A stretch of 64,000 bases of DNA from Blepharisma stoltei ATCC 30299. Taxonomy: Eukaryota > Protista > Ciliophora. The position numbers were made by a program, and so were the translations under genes. A model generated the notes under the pieces. That model saw only the letters and a program-made list of their open reading frames with translations. It was not told where the DNA came from and ran no database searches. Position 1 is the stretch's first letter; every line of letters starts with the position of its first letter. Shown in pieces: positions 13,600 through 23,947 of this stretch. The stretch covers positions 186,001 through 250,000 of the forward strand of contig CBFDEM010000012.1 in NCBI GenBank assembly GCA_965603825.1. Reading direction: 5' to 3'.

Positions 13600-13845
13600 A
13601 TGAATATGTCAACATCTAAAGAAGTCGAGAAGTTCCAAGTAAGACTTATTCAGGATGATTTTAAATCCTTGTTCAACTATGAGCAAGCAGCGAACCTCCT
13701 TGATTCCTTCCGCTCTTTGGAGCTGAACTATCAGTCTTTCCAAAGCGGACTGGATTATAGATGCACATTGGTCGGGCACATCCCGTCTGAAGAACTCTCA
13801 GAAGTGTGGAAAAGTTCTTTGCCAAAAGGTCTTGTCTATAATTAA
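13600..13845 (+). CDS. Small uncharacterised protein (about 75 aa), paralog 2; intron 13639-13653
   Basis: Homologous to 12160-12405 with many synonymous changes; intron at the same position as intron 1 of paralog 1. Confidence 0.72.
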   Translation: MNMSTSKEVEKFQVRLIQDDFKSLFNYEQAANLLDSFRSLELNYQSFQSGLDYRCTLVGHIPSEELSEVWKSSLPKGLVYN

Positions 13846-14518
13846 TTCGAAATTGTCTGTAGTTAATCGGTTTTGCCAATAATTAAAGCTTAGTTAATCA
13901 TCAAAACGTCACCAAAATATGGACTTATGTTTAAAATGACCTAAATTTTAAGCTTTTCTGTTCTGGAACAATCATTTTACTGATATTAAGCAATAGATAG
14001 GATTAAGTTGAGATAGGATAGAGAATGGTAGGATTTCAGACTAAAACAGGTTTGAAGCTTTATTAGAGGAATTTGAGATCATTTAGTTTAGAGATTGACG
14101 ACTAAATAACAAATAATGGCTCCTCAAGTAGTAATGAGAATTTGAGTTTATTAAAGAAATTTGTTGAAATTAAGATTAAATGAAAGCTATCAGAAGAGCA
14201 AAAGGGTTTCAATGTGTAAATAAAGAAGATTTTAGATATTTATATTAGCAATTCAAAAGTTAATGCATATTTATTCACAGCTTAATAAACCTTTTATTTA
14301 TAAATGCTTTTAATAAATATGATTTTGAAGTAAACAAATTGCTATCTTTCAAATTTACTATAATTATATAAATAGACAATCATTTTATTATAATTCTTAT
14401 CTCGATTTAATTCGAAACGCAGCAATTTCAATTATTTTATTTTCAACTATATTTATTCTCATATCTATTAACAAAATCTCTCGAATATTAATTTTTAGCT
14501 AGTTGCTTGTAAATTAGA

Positions 14519-17356
14519 ATGGCGAAAGTATATAGATTGGCAACCTTACTAGAGACCGAAAATCGCATCACATCTCTTGAGTGCATCAAAGGCAAAATCT
14601 ACACTGGAGACTCCAGAGGCCAAATCCTTTCCTATTCTCTCATAAGAGCAGGAACTCCCGAAGAAACTCTAGCTTCAACACAAATCGGAAGCAAGCTTGG
14701 CAAATCTCGTATAGAAAAGCTTAAAGGTGATAAGGAAATCAATATCTTATACGCGTTTTCTGAAGGAACTCTGGTAGCCTTCGATCTTGATCTCCTTGAA
14801 GAAGTTCAAAGTTTTGGGAAAAATTTTAGTGGATTTGCTGTAAATGAGCATCCAAATTTTCACGGTAAAATCTGTACAGTCCAGAAAAGGAAAATTACAA
14901 CTTACAACTGGAGTCCAAGCTTGAGAAACAACCGAAATAGGCTTGGTGGGTATTTAGTTGATAAAGATAATTTTATGATCCCCGATGTTCCAGCAGTCAT
15001 TGTCTGGTATGGTACAAATATTTGCATTGGATTTCACAGAAGGAATTATCTAATCATCAACTCCGAGGACGGTAGAATTACTGATATTCAGGTCCCTTCC
15101 GCTACCACAAACTACACTCCTTATATAAAAGTGGTTGGGAGTGAATTTTTCTGTCTATGGGGAAACAATTTGCTCCTGCCGTTTGATTCTGATACAGGTC
15201 AAAATGCTATGAGAAACCCTATAAGCTTTGCAGAATCCAAACATTTGGTAAGCGCAGGGTACCATGACCCTTATTTGACTGTAATGACTGAAAACAGTAT
15301 TGAAGTATTTAATGCGATTGATGGAATGCCAGTCCAACAAGAGTCCTTACCTCAAGGATCTGCAGCCCTTGCCCTTGCAGACACTGATTATCCTATGATT
15401 TGTGCAACAACTGCAGGAATAATGACTTTAAGACCTGTCCCAGTAAATGAGCAAATCACAAAACTGTTGACTGACTGTAGGATCCCAGAGGCTAGAGCTT
15501 TAATAGAAAAGCATATAGATCCCACCGCATTAGATGCTGATGCCCAATATGAGCAGTTTAATTTAGACGCTGCTTGGTGCTTATTCAAAGAATTGAGATT
15601 CAAGGACTGTATTGATTATTTTATGCCGACTAATTTTGACCCAAGAGATATCATGAGCTTATTCCCTGAATACTGTGACGAAAAAGTATCAAGAGCTTGC
15701 ATGACCCAAACAAATATAAGGCAGGTCGTTAGGAATAATTTAGCAAAAAAAGGAAACTCATTTGACTCAAGAAATATATCAGAAGCTGAATATGATAGAA
15801 TTCTGACATGCAAATTTTATGTTATCACACTGCTGCAGCAGAAAAGAGAACCAATCTTCAAGCCACCAAAAGCTGCAAGAACTGTTGGAACTTATCAATT
15901 TTTAAATTCGCCTTTTTCAGTGAACAGACTTACTGCAGACCCAATAACAAGAGATGAAGCTTTAGAAATGATAGATACTTTTCTGCTTAAATGCATTGTA
16001 GATATCGGCTCAGAAGATAGATCAGCTTCAAAATTTATTGACCACTTCAAAAGGACTCATTTAACCATGCTAGAAGGGCTATTTGATCCCCTTTATAAGC
16101 CTCAGCTAAACTTCAATGAATCTGAGAGATATTTAAAAGAGAAAAAAGACCCATATGCTTTAGCAATGCTCTATGAAGCTTTTGTCAGAAAAGTCGAAGC
16201 ATTAAAAATATTCAGGGAGCTTGGAGCAGACAACAATAAAGGTATCCAAGAGCAAGCAGCAAAACAAACGGTCAAAGTTCTGTTAAAAGTTAGTGACAAG
16301 CAAACCATTTTTGAATATTCCCAATGGGTTCTGAATGCTTTTCCTTTGATTGGTCTTGAAGTGTTCACATCTCCTGATGAAACCCATCATATCTCTTATG
16401 ATACAGTTTTAGAACATTTGGCGACTTTCGAAAGAGAAGTCCCGCTGGTAGAAATTTATCTGAAATGGCTTGTAGAAGTAAAGCTTATTGATGCTGAAAG
16501 GTTCCATACAAGACTTGCACTATGCTATATTGATAAGCTTTTCAGGATGCTACCGAGAGACAGCTTCAATGATGTTCCACCTGAAGGGGTAAATACTAGC
16601 ACATTTATTAAGTATGGAAAAGATTTGTTGATGTTTTTGGAGACGTCTAAAAACTACAGGGGCTCAACTATTTTGGAGGAAATTAGAAACTCATGGCTTA
16701 TTGAAGCTGAAGTGCTACTGCTATCAAAAGAAAAGCGCCATATGGAAGCTCTGCATATTTTAGTTAATAATGGAATGCTAAAAGGAGATTTTGAGAAAGC
16801 TGAAAAATACTGTATTACGCATTGTGACAATTTACTAACCCAGCTCCTCAAAATCTACATCGAAAAAGCCTTGAATTATGAAACCTTAATGAAAGAGTCA
16901 CAAGAGCCAAAAATGCATGATGACGCTCAAAACATGCTGATGCGATTCCAAAACTGCGCCTTTAAACTTCTACAAAAATATGCCACAAATCCTGAGTTAA
17001 ACCCTTTACTTGTTATGGATATCATTCCTGACCACTGGTCTCTATCTGCAGCTACAAGCAACTCTTTGCAACTGTATTTGCATGTAGCCCTTTCTCATTC
17101 TTTACACACAGGCCGTGTAACCAAAATCATTAAGCATTTATCAGACATGGACGCCATTCAAACTGAATGTGAGTGGTACAATTGCAGAAAATCAAGTGTA
17201 AGGATTTCGAATGAAAGACTTTGTGATCTTTGCAAGAAAAGAATTTCTGATAGGCCATTTGCAGTGTATCCAAATGGAAAAGTCGTGCATCAGTCATGCA
17301 CAAAGTCTCCAAATATTTGTCCAGTTACACTTACCAATTTCGAAAATTTAACATAA
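14519..17356 (+). CDS. VPS39: Vps39/Vam6/TGFBRAP1-family HOPS/CORVET subunit
   Basis: N-terminal CNH-like propeller, clathrin-repeat-like region (FHTRLALCYID), C-terminal CxxCxKRIxxxxFAVYPNGKVVHxxC. Confidence 0.85.
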   Translation: MAKVYRLATLLETENRITSLECIKGKIYTGDSRGQILSYSLIRAGTPEETLASTQIGSKLGKSRIEKLKGDKEINILYAFSEGTLVAFDLDLLEEVQSFGKNFSGFAVNEHPNFHGKICTVQKRKITTYNWSPSLRNNRNRLGGYLVDKDNFMIPDVPAVIVWYGTNICIGFHRRNYLIINSEDGRITDIQVPSATTNYTPYIKVVGSEFFCLWGNNLLLPFDSDTGQNAMRNPISFAESKHLVSAGYHDPYLTVMTENSIEVFNAIDGMPVQQESLPQGSAALALADTDYPMICATTAGIMTLRPVPVNEQITKLLTDCRIPEARALIEKHIDPTALDADAQYEQFNLDAAWCLFKELRFKDCIDYFMPTNFDPRDIMSLFPEYCDEKVSRACMTQTNIRQVVRNNLAKKGNSFDSRNISEAEYDRILTCKFYVITLLQQKREPIFKPPKAARTVGTYQFLNSPFSVNRLTADPITRDEALEMIDTFLLKCIVDIGSEDRSASKFIDHFKRTHLTMLEGLFDPLYKPQLNFNESERYLKEKKDPYALAMLYEAFVRKVEALKIFRELGADNNKGIQEQAAKQTVKVLLKVSDKQTIFEYSQWVLNAFPLIGLEVFTSPDETHHISYDTVLEHLATFEREVPLVEIYLKWLVEVKLIDAERFHTRLALCYIDKLFRMLPRDSFNDVPPEGVNTSTFIKYGKDLLMFLETSKNYRGSTILEEIRNSWLIEAEVLLLSKEKRHMEALHILVNNGMLKGDFEKAEKYCITHCDNLLTQLLKIYIEKALNYETLMKESQEPKMHDDAQNMLMRFQNCAFKLLQKYATNPELNPLLVMDIIPDHWSLSAATSNSLQLYLHVALSHSLHTGRVTKIIKHLSDMDAIQTECEWYNCRKSSVRISNERLCDLCKKRISDRPFAVYPNGKVVHQSCTKSPNICPVTLTNFENLT

Positions 17357-17458
17357 ATTAGCTATTTTAATAATTTTCATTGAAATAATTTAAAATCAAA
17401 GGTTTTAGATAAAAAATAAGTACCCAACCATCTTAAATAGGTGATTTAATTAGTTATA

Positions 17459-18517
17459 ATGAAAAGAGCATTAAAAATTTTTGATTTGAGAAGTGACACT
17501 GTTACTAAACCAAATGCCAAGATGCTCCAAGCTATGTTTAATGCTGAAGTAGGAGACGATGTATATGGCGAAGATCCTACAGTCAATAGACTTCAAAAGA
17601 AATGTGCAGAAATTTTTGGAATGGAAGCAGGGCTGTTTGTTGCAAGTGGGACAATGGGAAATTTAGTAAGTCTTCTTACGCATTGCAAAAGGGGTGAAAG
17701 TGTCATACTTGGGGATAGATCACATATAAATGTATATGAGCAAGGTGGGATTTCTGCATTAGGAGGCATTTTCCCAACCCCAGTTCCAAATCAAGAAGAT
17801 GGCACTTTAAGAACTAGTGATATTTTAAGCAAAATATTAAAAGAAAATATTCATTTTTCAAGACCAAAAGTCATTGCAATAGAAAATACTCATAATATAT
17901 GTGGAGGAAAAGCATTAAACGTTGACTATATAAGAGAAATTGTTAGAATCAAAGAAGAAAACAAATTAAAACTTCATATAGACGGAGCTAGAATTTTTAA
18001 TGCTTATTATGCTCTAAAAGAAACAAACAATCGATTAGACCCTAAAGATTTAACACGTGGAGCTGATTCAGTTAATATTTGTTTCTCAAAAGGACTTTGC
18101 TGCCCGATAGGGTCTGTTATTGTAGGAAGTGAAAGTTTCATTCAAGAAGCTCTGAGAAACAGAAAAATTGTGGGAGGAGCTATGAGGCAAGTCGGGCATG
18201 TGGCCGCTGCTGCATTAGAGGCACTTGATTCAGTAGAAGAGATAATTACAAGTGACCATTTAAAAACAAAAAAACTATATAAAGGACTTAAAGAAATAGG
18301 CTGTGATGTAGATGCACCGACTTCTAATATATTGTTATTTACGCCTCCAAAACCGTTTTTGCCGAGCCAGTTTGTGACTTTAATGAAAGAAAGGAATGTG
18401 CTTGGAAGTGTGGCGTATACAAATAAAATCAGATTTATTCCAAATTCTGGAACTTCAAATGAAGATATTAATGAACTTTTGGAAATTATAAAACAAATTA
18501 TAAAGACAAAGGCTTAA
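17459..18517 (+). CDS. Low-specificity L-threonine aldolase
   Basis: DLRSDTVTKP, GDDVYGEDPTV, SGTMGN, ENTHN, LHIDGARIFNA, CFSKGLCCPIGS. Confidence 0.95.
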   Translation: MKRALKIFDLRSDTVTKPNAKMLQAMFNAEVGDDVYGEDPTVNRLQKKCAEIFGMEAGLFVASGTMGNLVSLLTHCKRGESVILGDRSHINVYEQGGISALGGIFPTPVPNQEDGTLRTSDILSKILKENIHFSRPKVIAIENTHNICGGKALNVDYIREIVRIKEENKLKLHIDGARIFNAYYALKETNNRLDPKDLTRGADSVNICFSKGLCCPIGSVIVGSESFIQEALRNRKIVGGAMRQVGHVAAAALEALDSVEEIITSDHLKTKKLYKGLKEIGCDVDAPTSNILLFTPPKPFLPSQFVTLMKERNVLGSVAYTNKIRFIPNSGTSNEDINELLEIIKQIIKTKA

Positions 18518-18698
18518 TAATTTTAAAAGGAGGATTTCCTTATAATACTGTTTATCTGCCGAACTAACATTCTTAATATAAATTTTTAAAAATCTCTATG
18601 ATGAAATGAAATCTAATTAAGACTTGTTTCTTTAAATATTATATTAAAATTTAAAATGTTAATTAAATGCTTAAAGATTCGTTTTTTATCTTATAAAT

Positions 18699-19430
18699 AT
18701 GTTAATCGCATTTTTATTATGTGCAATCAAGCAAGCTGTCTCAAGTTCATCAAGTGGGATCACCCTGTCTGGAACTGAGCCTACTTTCATCTTTAATCAA
18801 GATGATCATCCTTTTCAAATAGACCTCATAAATGCAAAACTTCAGCTTGGAAACGGCGAGCAAAATTGCATCGAATATGAAGAGGGAGAAAACATCTATA
18901 TAAACGCGAATGAAATAGCAGGCGACACTGCATTTGAGGTAGAAAACACATTTTCCTTAAATGGCGTCAACCAATGGCGTCTAATCCATTCTGAAGATTT
19001 CACATCACCAACTGGCTGGTCAAACAATGCAAACTCTGAATGTGCAGGCATCGTGATGCTTGGAGGTTACTGCCAATTCTCATCCTCTGAAGTCGCAAAA
19101 ACTTTTTTAGATCTCCCTTCTCATAGCAGCATCAAAATTAAGGCAACTTTTCATTTTATTGATGCATGGATCGGAGAAGCTGCATACTTAAAAGTTGACC
19201 TAGAAGGAAAGTATGAGTACGTATGGAATGAGTCATATAAAGCAGGACAAGCCAGCAGTGGAATAAACATATGTGGAGCTCATCATGCAGAAGGAAAATT
19301 CAGCAGTGATATTGAAGTAAACTTGCCTCATAGTGATAGCAGCCTAAGTGTTGTGTTCGGGACTACACTTGACCAAGATCCTTGCGATGAAAGCTGGGGA
19401 GTTTCGAGTTTCGAGATTTTCATTAGATAA
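18699..19430 (+). CDS. Uncharacterised secreted protein
   Basis: 243-aa ORF with signal peptide and a structured beta-rich C-terminal domain (LGGYCQFS, FHFIDAWIGE, ESWGVSSFEIFIR). Confidence 0.75.
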   Translation: MLIAFLLCAIKQAVSSSSSGITLSGTEPTFIFNQDDHPFQIDLINAKLQLGNGEQNCIEYEEGENIYINANEIAGDTAFEVENTFSLNGVNQWRLIHSEDFTSPTGWSNNANSECAGIVMLGGYCQFSSSEVAKTFLDLPSHSSIKIKATFHFIDAWIGEAAYLKVDLEGKYEYVWNESYKAGQASSGINICGAHHAEGKFSSDIEVNLPHSDSSLSVVFGTTLDQDPCDESWGVSSFEIFIR

Positions 19431-19474
19431 AACAATAAATTTTACTTGAAAAATTAGTTAAAAAGTGTGATTAG

Positions 19475-19654
19475 TTAAGCTAGAACTGGGTGCGAAATGT
19501 TAGGGTCATGAAGTTGAGCGAATCGTCTGTTCTTTCTGTACTTCAAATCGCAACCACGAAGAGACTCGTGCAATTGCTTCTTTGGTCTCTTAATACCATT
19601 TCTATGGTTCTTGTGTCCTTGGTTGTGACTGGAGTGTACCTTTTCCTTAGCCAT
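19475..19654 (-). CDS. RPL29: 60S ribosomal protein eL29 (59 aa; not in ORF track)
   Basis: MAKEKVHSSHNQGHKNHRNGIKRPKKQLHESLRGCDLKYRKNRRFA matches the eL29 signature HNQxxKxHRNGIKxP. Confidence 0.93.
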   Translation of the reverse strand: MAKEKVHSSHNQGHKNHRNGIKRPKKQLHESLRGCDLKYRKNRRFAQLHDPNISHPVLA

Positions 19655-19676
19655 TTACTTTATTACAAATGAAATT

Positions 19677-20840
19677 TTAGTTATGATTTTTTGACAGCTT
19701 AAAAGGCTTTGTGTAATAATTCATTTTTGCTCTCAAGAGTAAGCCCTTCATTGCTTTCGAAGCAGCAATTGAATCATAAGTACTCCCAGCTTTTGTTTTT
19801 ATTAATAAATTTGCCTGTCTTACTACCAATAGCTGAGCAGCTTCTAAGTGATCGTTTTTGATAGCAATATATAGTGGAGTAATTCCGGACTAAATAAATA
19901 TTACATGATCTTTTGCATCAATAAATGTTCCATAATCTAGCAGAAGAGTTATAATACTTACATAGTTTCTTTTAGCTGCCCAATGAAGCCCAGTTTGTCC
20001 AGCTGTATCAAAAGCAAGTGCAAGCCATCTATTCGCGACCAAAAATTTTTTGACTTCTTCATCTAGTCCTAATTTGCAAAACATTATGAATTCTTCACTT
20101 TTGGGATAATGAGGATTTTTTGGAACAAGCTTGTCAAGGCTGATGAAGTCATAATATGAGAGCTTAAGCTGGTTTAGGTGTTTTATACATGTCAAAGCTT
20201 TGGCTCTTAGCTCAAATTTAGAGGTTTCTAGAAGCTTTTCTATTTTTGGACTTCTTAAAGAAGATTGAGGCTCTAATAGCGGTACTGGTTCTGTAGCGCA
20301 TCTAGATATTATAGGCTCATCAAAATCTTCATTTGAAATATCATAATATGTACGAGGAAGCTGGACATCTCCTAGTAAAGCATGAGTGAATCTATGTTTT
20401 TTCATTGAATACCTCTCATTAAAGCTATCTTTTTTCTCAGTAGTAGGCTCTGCATGCTTTTGCCTAGCATCAAGTATGTTAGCTGTTTTTAGTCTTCTTT
20501 CTTTATTAACTAGATTTAAATAATTCCCAATCACAATTTGCCTTTTTTTAAGCTCCAGATTTGGAGGTAGGTAATTATTTTCAAAAGCTATGGATCGTCG
20601 AGGGTAATGAAAAATCGGAAATCGATTTAAGCTCTCGGAAGTCTCTGAACGCTTTGTAAGACCTAATGTTCTTGTTGTAAAAGCACTGTACATAGGATTC
20701 GTTTTGTCATACTTGATATAATGTCTATAAGTTGCCTTTGGTGTTTTTTTGATATTTTCTAAATGTAACGCAGGAGAGTTGGATTTTGAAATTGGGAGCG
20801 TTCTCAAGCCCAATCGATTTTCTCGGCCAAGTGGCTGCAT
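19677..20840 (-). CDS. C-terminal ankyrin-repeat protein (intron 19890-19904)
   Basis: GQTGLHWAAKRN...LLLDYG; splicing GTAATATTTATTTAG continues into a second repeat (SGITPLYIAIKNDHLEAAQLL). Confidence 0.85.
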
Positions 20841-20937
20841 TATATTGATTAAAATGAAATTAGCCCAAAAAAAAGGAAAACAATTGTTAAGAATAAATAA
20901 TGTTATGATAATTATGATACGAATACTCTCATAGCTC

Positions 20938-22140
20938 TTACCATTTTAGAATTCGTGTTAAAACGCCCTTTGGCATCCTATGCTCTCTAATTTTCGTCAT
21001 CTCTTCCGGAGCAAATTGTAAAAGAGTTGAGAGCACATTAATAAGCCTGTCCTGTACATCCAATTCATCTGTACAGAAATACTGTATCAGCACATGCTTA
21101 AGATACGGCACATTTATTGATTTTTTTATTTCTGACTGCAACTGCTTTATTTCTCTGCTTTTTTCTTGTGCCACAAAATCTTTTTCTTGCTGTAGGTGCA
21201 TGAGTGTCCCTTGAAACTCCTCTTGTTTTTTGCTCATTTCTACTTTAAGTCTTGAGATTTGGACTTTCATTTCTTCCTTTTCATGCATTAAAGCATCACA
21301 AGTGGCTCTCCATGCTTTTTCCTGTGTCTGCAGTTCATTTCTAGCGTGAAGTAGCCTTCTTGTGATATCAACAAGGCTTCTTTGGATTGTCCCTAAATGT
21401 TCTCTTAAATCTAAAGCATCTCCTTCTGAAGTTTTTTTTACAAAATTGCTGATACTTTTTTGCATTGAGTTGAGCTTATTGTTATCAATTTCATCGTCTA
21501 ATACAAATCCCATAACTTTTTCGTATAGTTCTGCGCTTTCGTCAATTAAGCACCGGACTAGTCCTACTGGGCGGGATTTTTCACGGCTTTCTATTTCATC
21601 AAAGCGGATTTGAAGGTCTCTGTAAGCTTGTTGTAAAGTTTGGTTTTTTTCTTCATAGGCGTCCATGTTTTCTTGGAGCCTCTTCATCCTATCTTCATAT
21701 TGCCTAACAATATTAGCTGCTTGTTCAGCTTGGATTTTTTTATTGCAAGAGTTATCAAGAACTTCAGGATTTTGCCCTTTTGCTACAAAAGTTCCTTCGA
21801 CACATCAATAGTTCCCTTTTCTAGTTCTCCAGCATGTATAGATTTCTGTGTCAATTTTAACTCTTGCCAAGATCTCGATGATGTCTTCTTCTTTAGGTGG
21901 CTCATATTTTAGAAGTTTATTGAGTCTGCCTTGTGTTTCTGCTAGCTTTATGTGTAGAGCTTCTTTCTCGTTTTCTAGTTCTTCTTGCTTGGATTTTAAT
22001 GACTTTGTGTGCTGACCTTGCTTGATTAATAGAAGCTTCAGCCTGTCGTTTTTTTGCTGAAGGGCATCAATAGTGACTTCAAGATTTTCTTTTTCTGAGG
22101 GGGCATCGGATACAACTGAACTCCCTGGACTCCCATCCAT
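20938..22140 (-). CDS. GRIP-domain coiled-coil golgin
   Basis: Two track ORFs joined through TGA at 21805; C-terminal INVPYLKHVLIQYF...VLSTLLQFAPEE is a GRIP domain. Confidence 0.85.
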
Positions 22141-22259
22141 TCTGTTCTCCACTTTATTAAATTATAAGCTTTGATACGTTTTATCATCATAATAATAAGT
22201 AAATCTATAACTAAAAATTTTAATAAAATGAAGGATATAATTAAGAATCTTACTTTAAA

Positions 22260-23672
22260 TTAAACTTCTCTTCTCCTTTGATTACCCGATGCAAGTGATT
22301 GAAGGTAGAATTTCGATTCTTTTCTGTCAGAAATTGGTATATAATGACGTGTAGTATATCCTATATAATTTTGTCTTGGTCTAACAATCTTGTTTTCAGG
22401 GTCAGTATGAAACTCTTTCCAATGCGCAAGCCATCCAGCTACTCTTGGGATCGTAAATAGCACAGGGAAAATATCAGTAGGGAACCCCATAGACTTATAA
22501 ATCACCCCAGTATAAAAATCTACATTTGGGTACAATTTTCTGTCAATAAAGTACTTATCAGTCAGCGCAATTCTTTCAAGCTCAACCGCAATATCAATTA
22601 ACGGCTCTTTTCCACATATAGAAAATACATCATCTGCCAGTCTTTTTACAATTTTAGCTCTAGGGTCATAATTTTTATAAACTCTATGCCCAAATCCCAT
22701 AAGCCTTCCTTTTCCAATTTTGACTTTATCCAAAAATGCTGGAATATTTTCAACACTCCCAATCTCTTCAAGCATTCGTAAGACTGCTTCATTAGCTCCT
22801 CCATGTTTTCTTCCATAAAGAGCAGCTGCAGCCCCTGCCACACAAGTATAGACGTCAACTTCACTGCTGGCTAAATGCCTCATAGCAGCTGTTGAGCAGT
22901 TTAGCTCATGCTCTGCATGTAAAATAAATAAAATGTCTAATGCTCTTACAAGTTTAGGATGAGGAGCATAATTGGTTTCATTAAGCCTATCTAGCATATA
23001 GAAGAAGTTCTCAATGTATCCTAGACCTTGAGCTGGCTCATTATAAGGTCTCCCGATACGATGACGGTATGCATAAGCTGCAACTGTCGGCATTCTTCCT
23101 AAAATTCTATGAATTTGTTTGTTGAGGACCAATGGGTCTGAATAAGGGTCAATCCCAACCAAAAGTGTGGGGTTTTGTTCAGCTTGGAAAGTACTCATTG
23201 CACTCATAGTGCTCACAACGATTCCCATAGGATGGGCATCGTAATGGAAACTCTGCATCATTTTGCCTATATCTGTATGGAGATAGGTATGACGTAAAAT
23301 TCTTTGTTCCCAAAGGATCTTTTGAGACTGGGTAGGGAGCTCTCCATATATTAATAGAAAAGCGACTTCTAGGAAGGTTGATTTTTCAGCGAGTTCCTCT
23401 ATAGGATATCCGCGGTATTCTAAAATCCCTTTATCGCCATCAATATAGCTAATTTTAGATGTGCAGTTGATAGTGTTCATATAGCCAGGATCATAAAGCA
23501 TAAGGTTTTCGCCTTGGTCGTTTTTCAGTTTTGATAGATCTTTTGCGTCGATGTAGTTATATTTCACTGGGACTTCGATTGTTTTACCTGTACGGTTGTC
23601 TGTTACTGTTAATGTTGGCTTGCCAGTTAGATGAGTGTTTATGAGATAAAGACGTCGCGCAGGTGAATCCAT
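22260..23672 (-). CDS. Citrate synthase, bacterial/peroxisomal type, with PTS2
   Basis: [54 protein letters not shown]; N-terminal RLYLINTHL. Confidence 0.95.
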   Translation of the reverse strand: MDSPARRLYLINTHLTGKPTLTVTDNRTGKTIEVPVKYNYIDAKDLSKLKNDQGENLMLYDPGYMNTINCTSKISYIDGDKGILEYRGYPIEELAEKSTFLEVAFLLIYGELPTQSQKILWEQRILRHTYLHTDIGKMMQSFHYDAHPMGIVVSTMSAMSTFQAEQNPTLLVGIDPYSDPLVLNKQIHRILGRMPTVAAYAYRHRIGRPYNEPAQGLGYIENFFYMLDRLNETNYAPHPKLVRALDILFILHAEHELNCSTAAMRHLASSEVDVYTCVAGAAAALYGRKHGGANEAVLRMLEEIGSVENIPAFLDKVKIGKGRLMGFGHRVYKNYDPRAKIVKRLADDVFSICGKEPLIDIAVELERIALTDKYFIDRKLYPNVDFYTGVIYKSMGFPTDIFPVLFTIPRVAGWLAHWKEFHTDPENKIVRPRQNYIGYTTRHYIPISDRKESKFYLQSLASGNQRRREV

Positions 23673-23947
23673 ATTTTTTCAAATGACGTCGATTGTGCTC
23701 ACAAAAAAATGTCAAAAATCCTATATGCAAAAATTATAATTTTTGATATATTGCTATTTTTGTGTTTTATTAAGGAAGAATAAAATTTTTCTATTTATCC
23801 TCATTTCCTTGAAGAAATTTATTTATTATGCGCTACTACTAAAGAAGATCTTTTATTTCGAAAAATTTAAGTTAATGAACTTATTTAACTTTATTTGATT
23901 AATAATTGTTACAAACTTCCCATTAATTAATTCGTTATTCATCAGCT

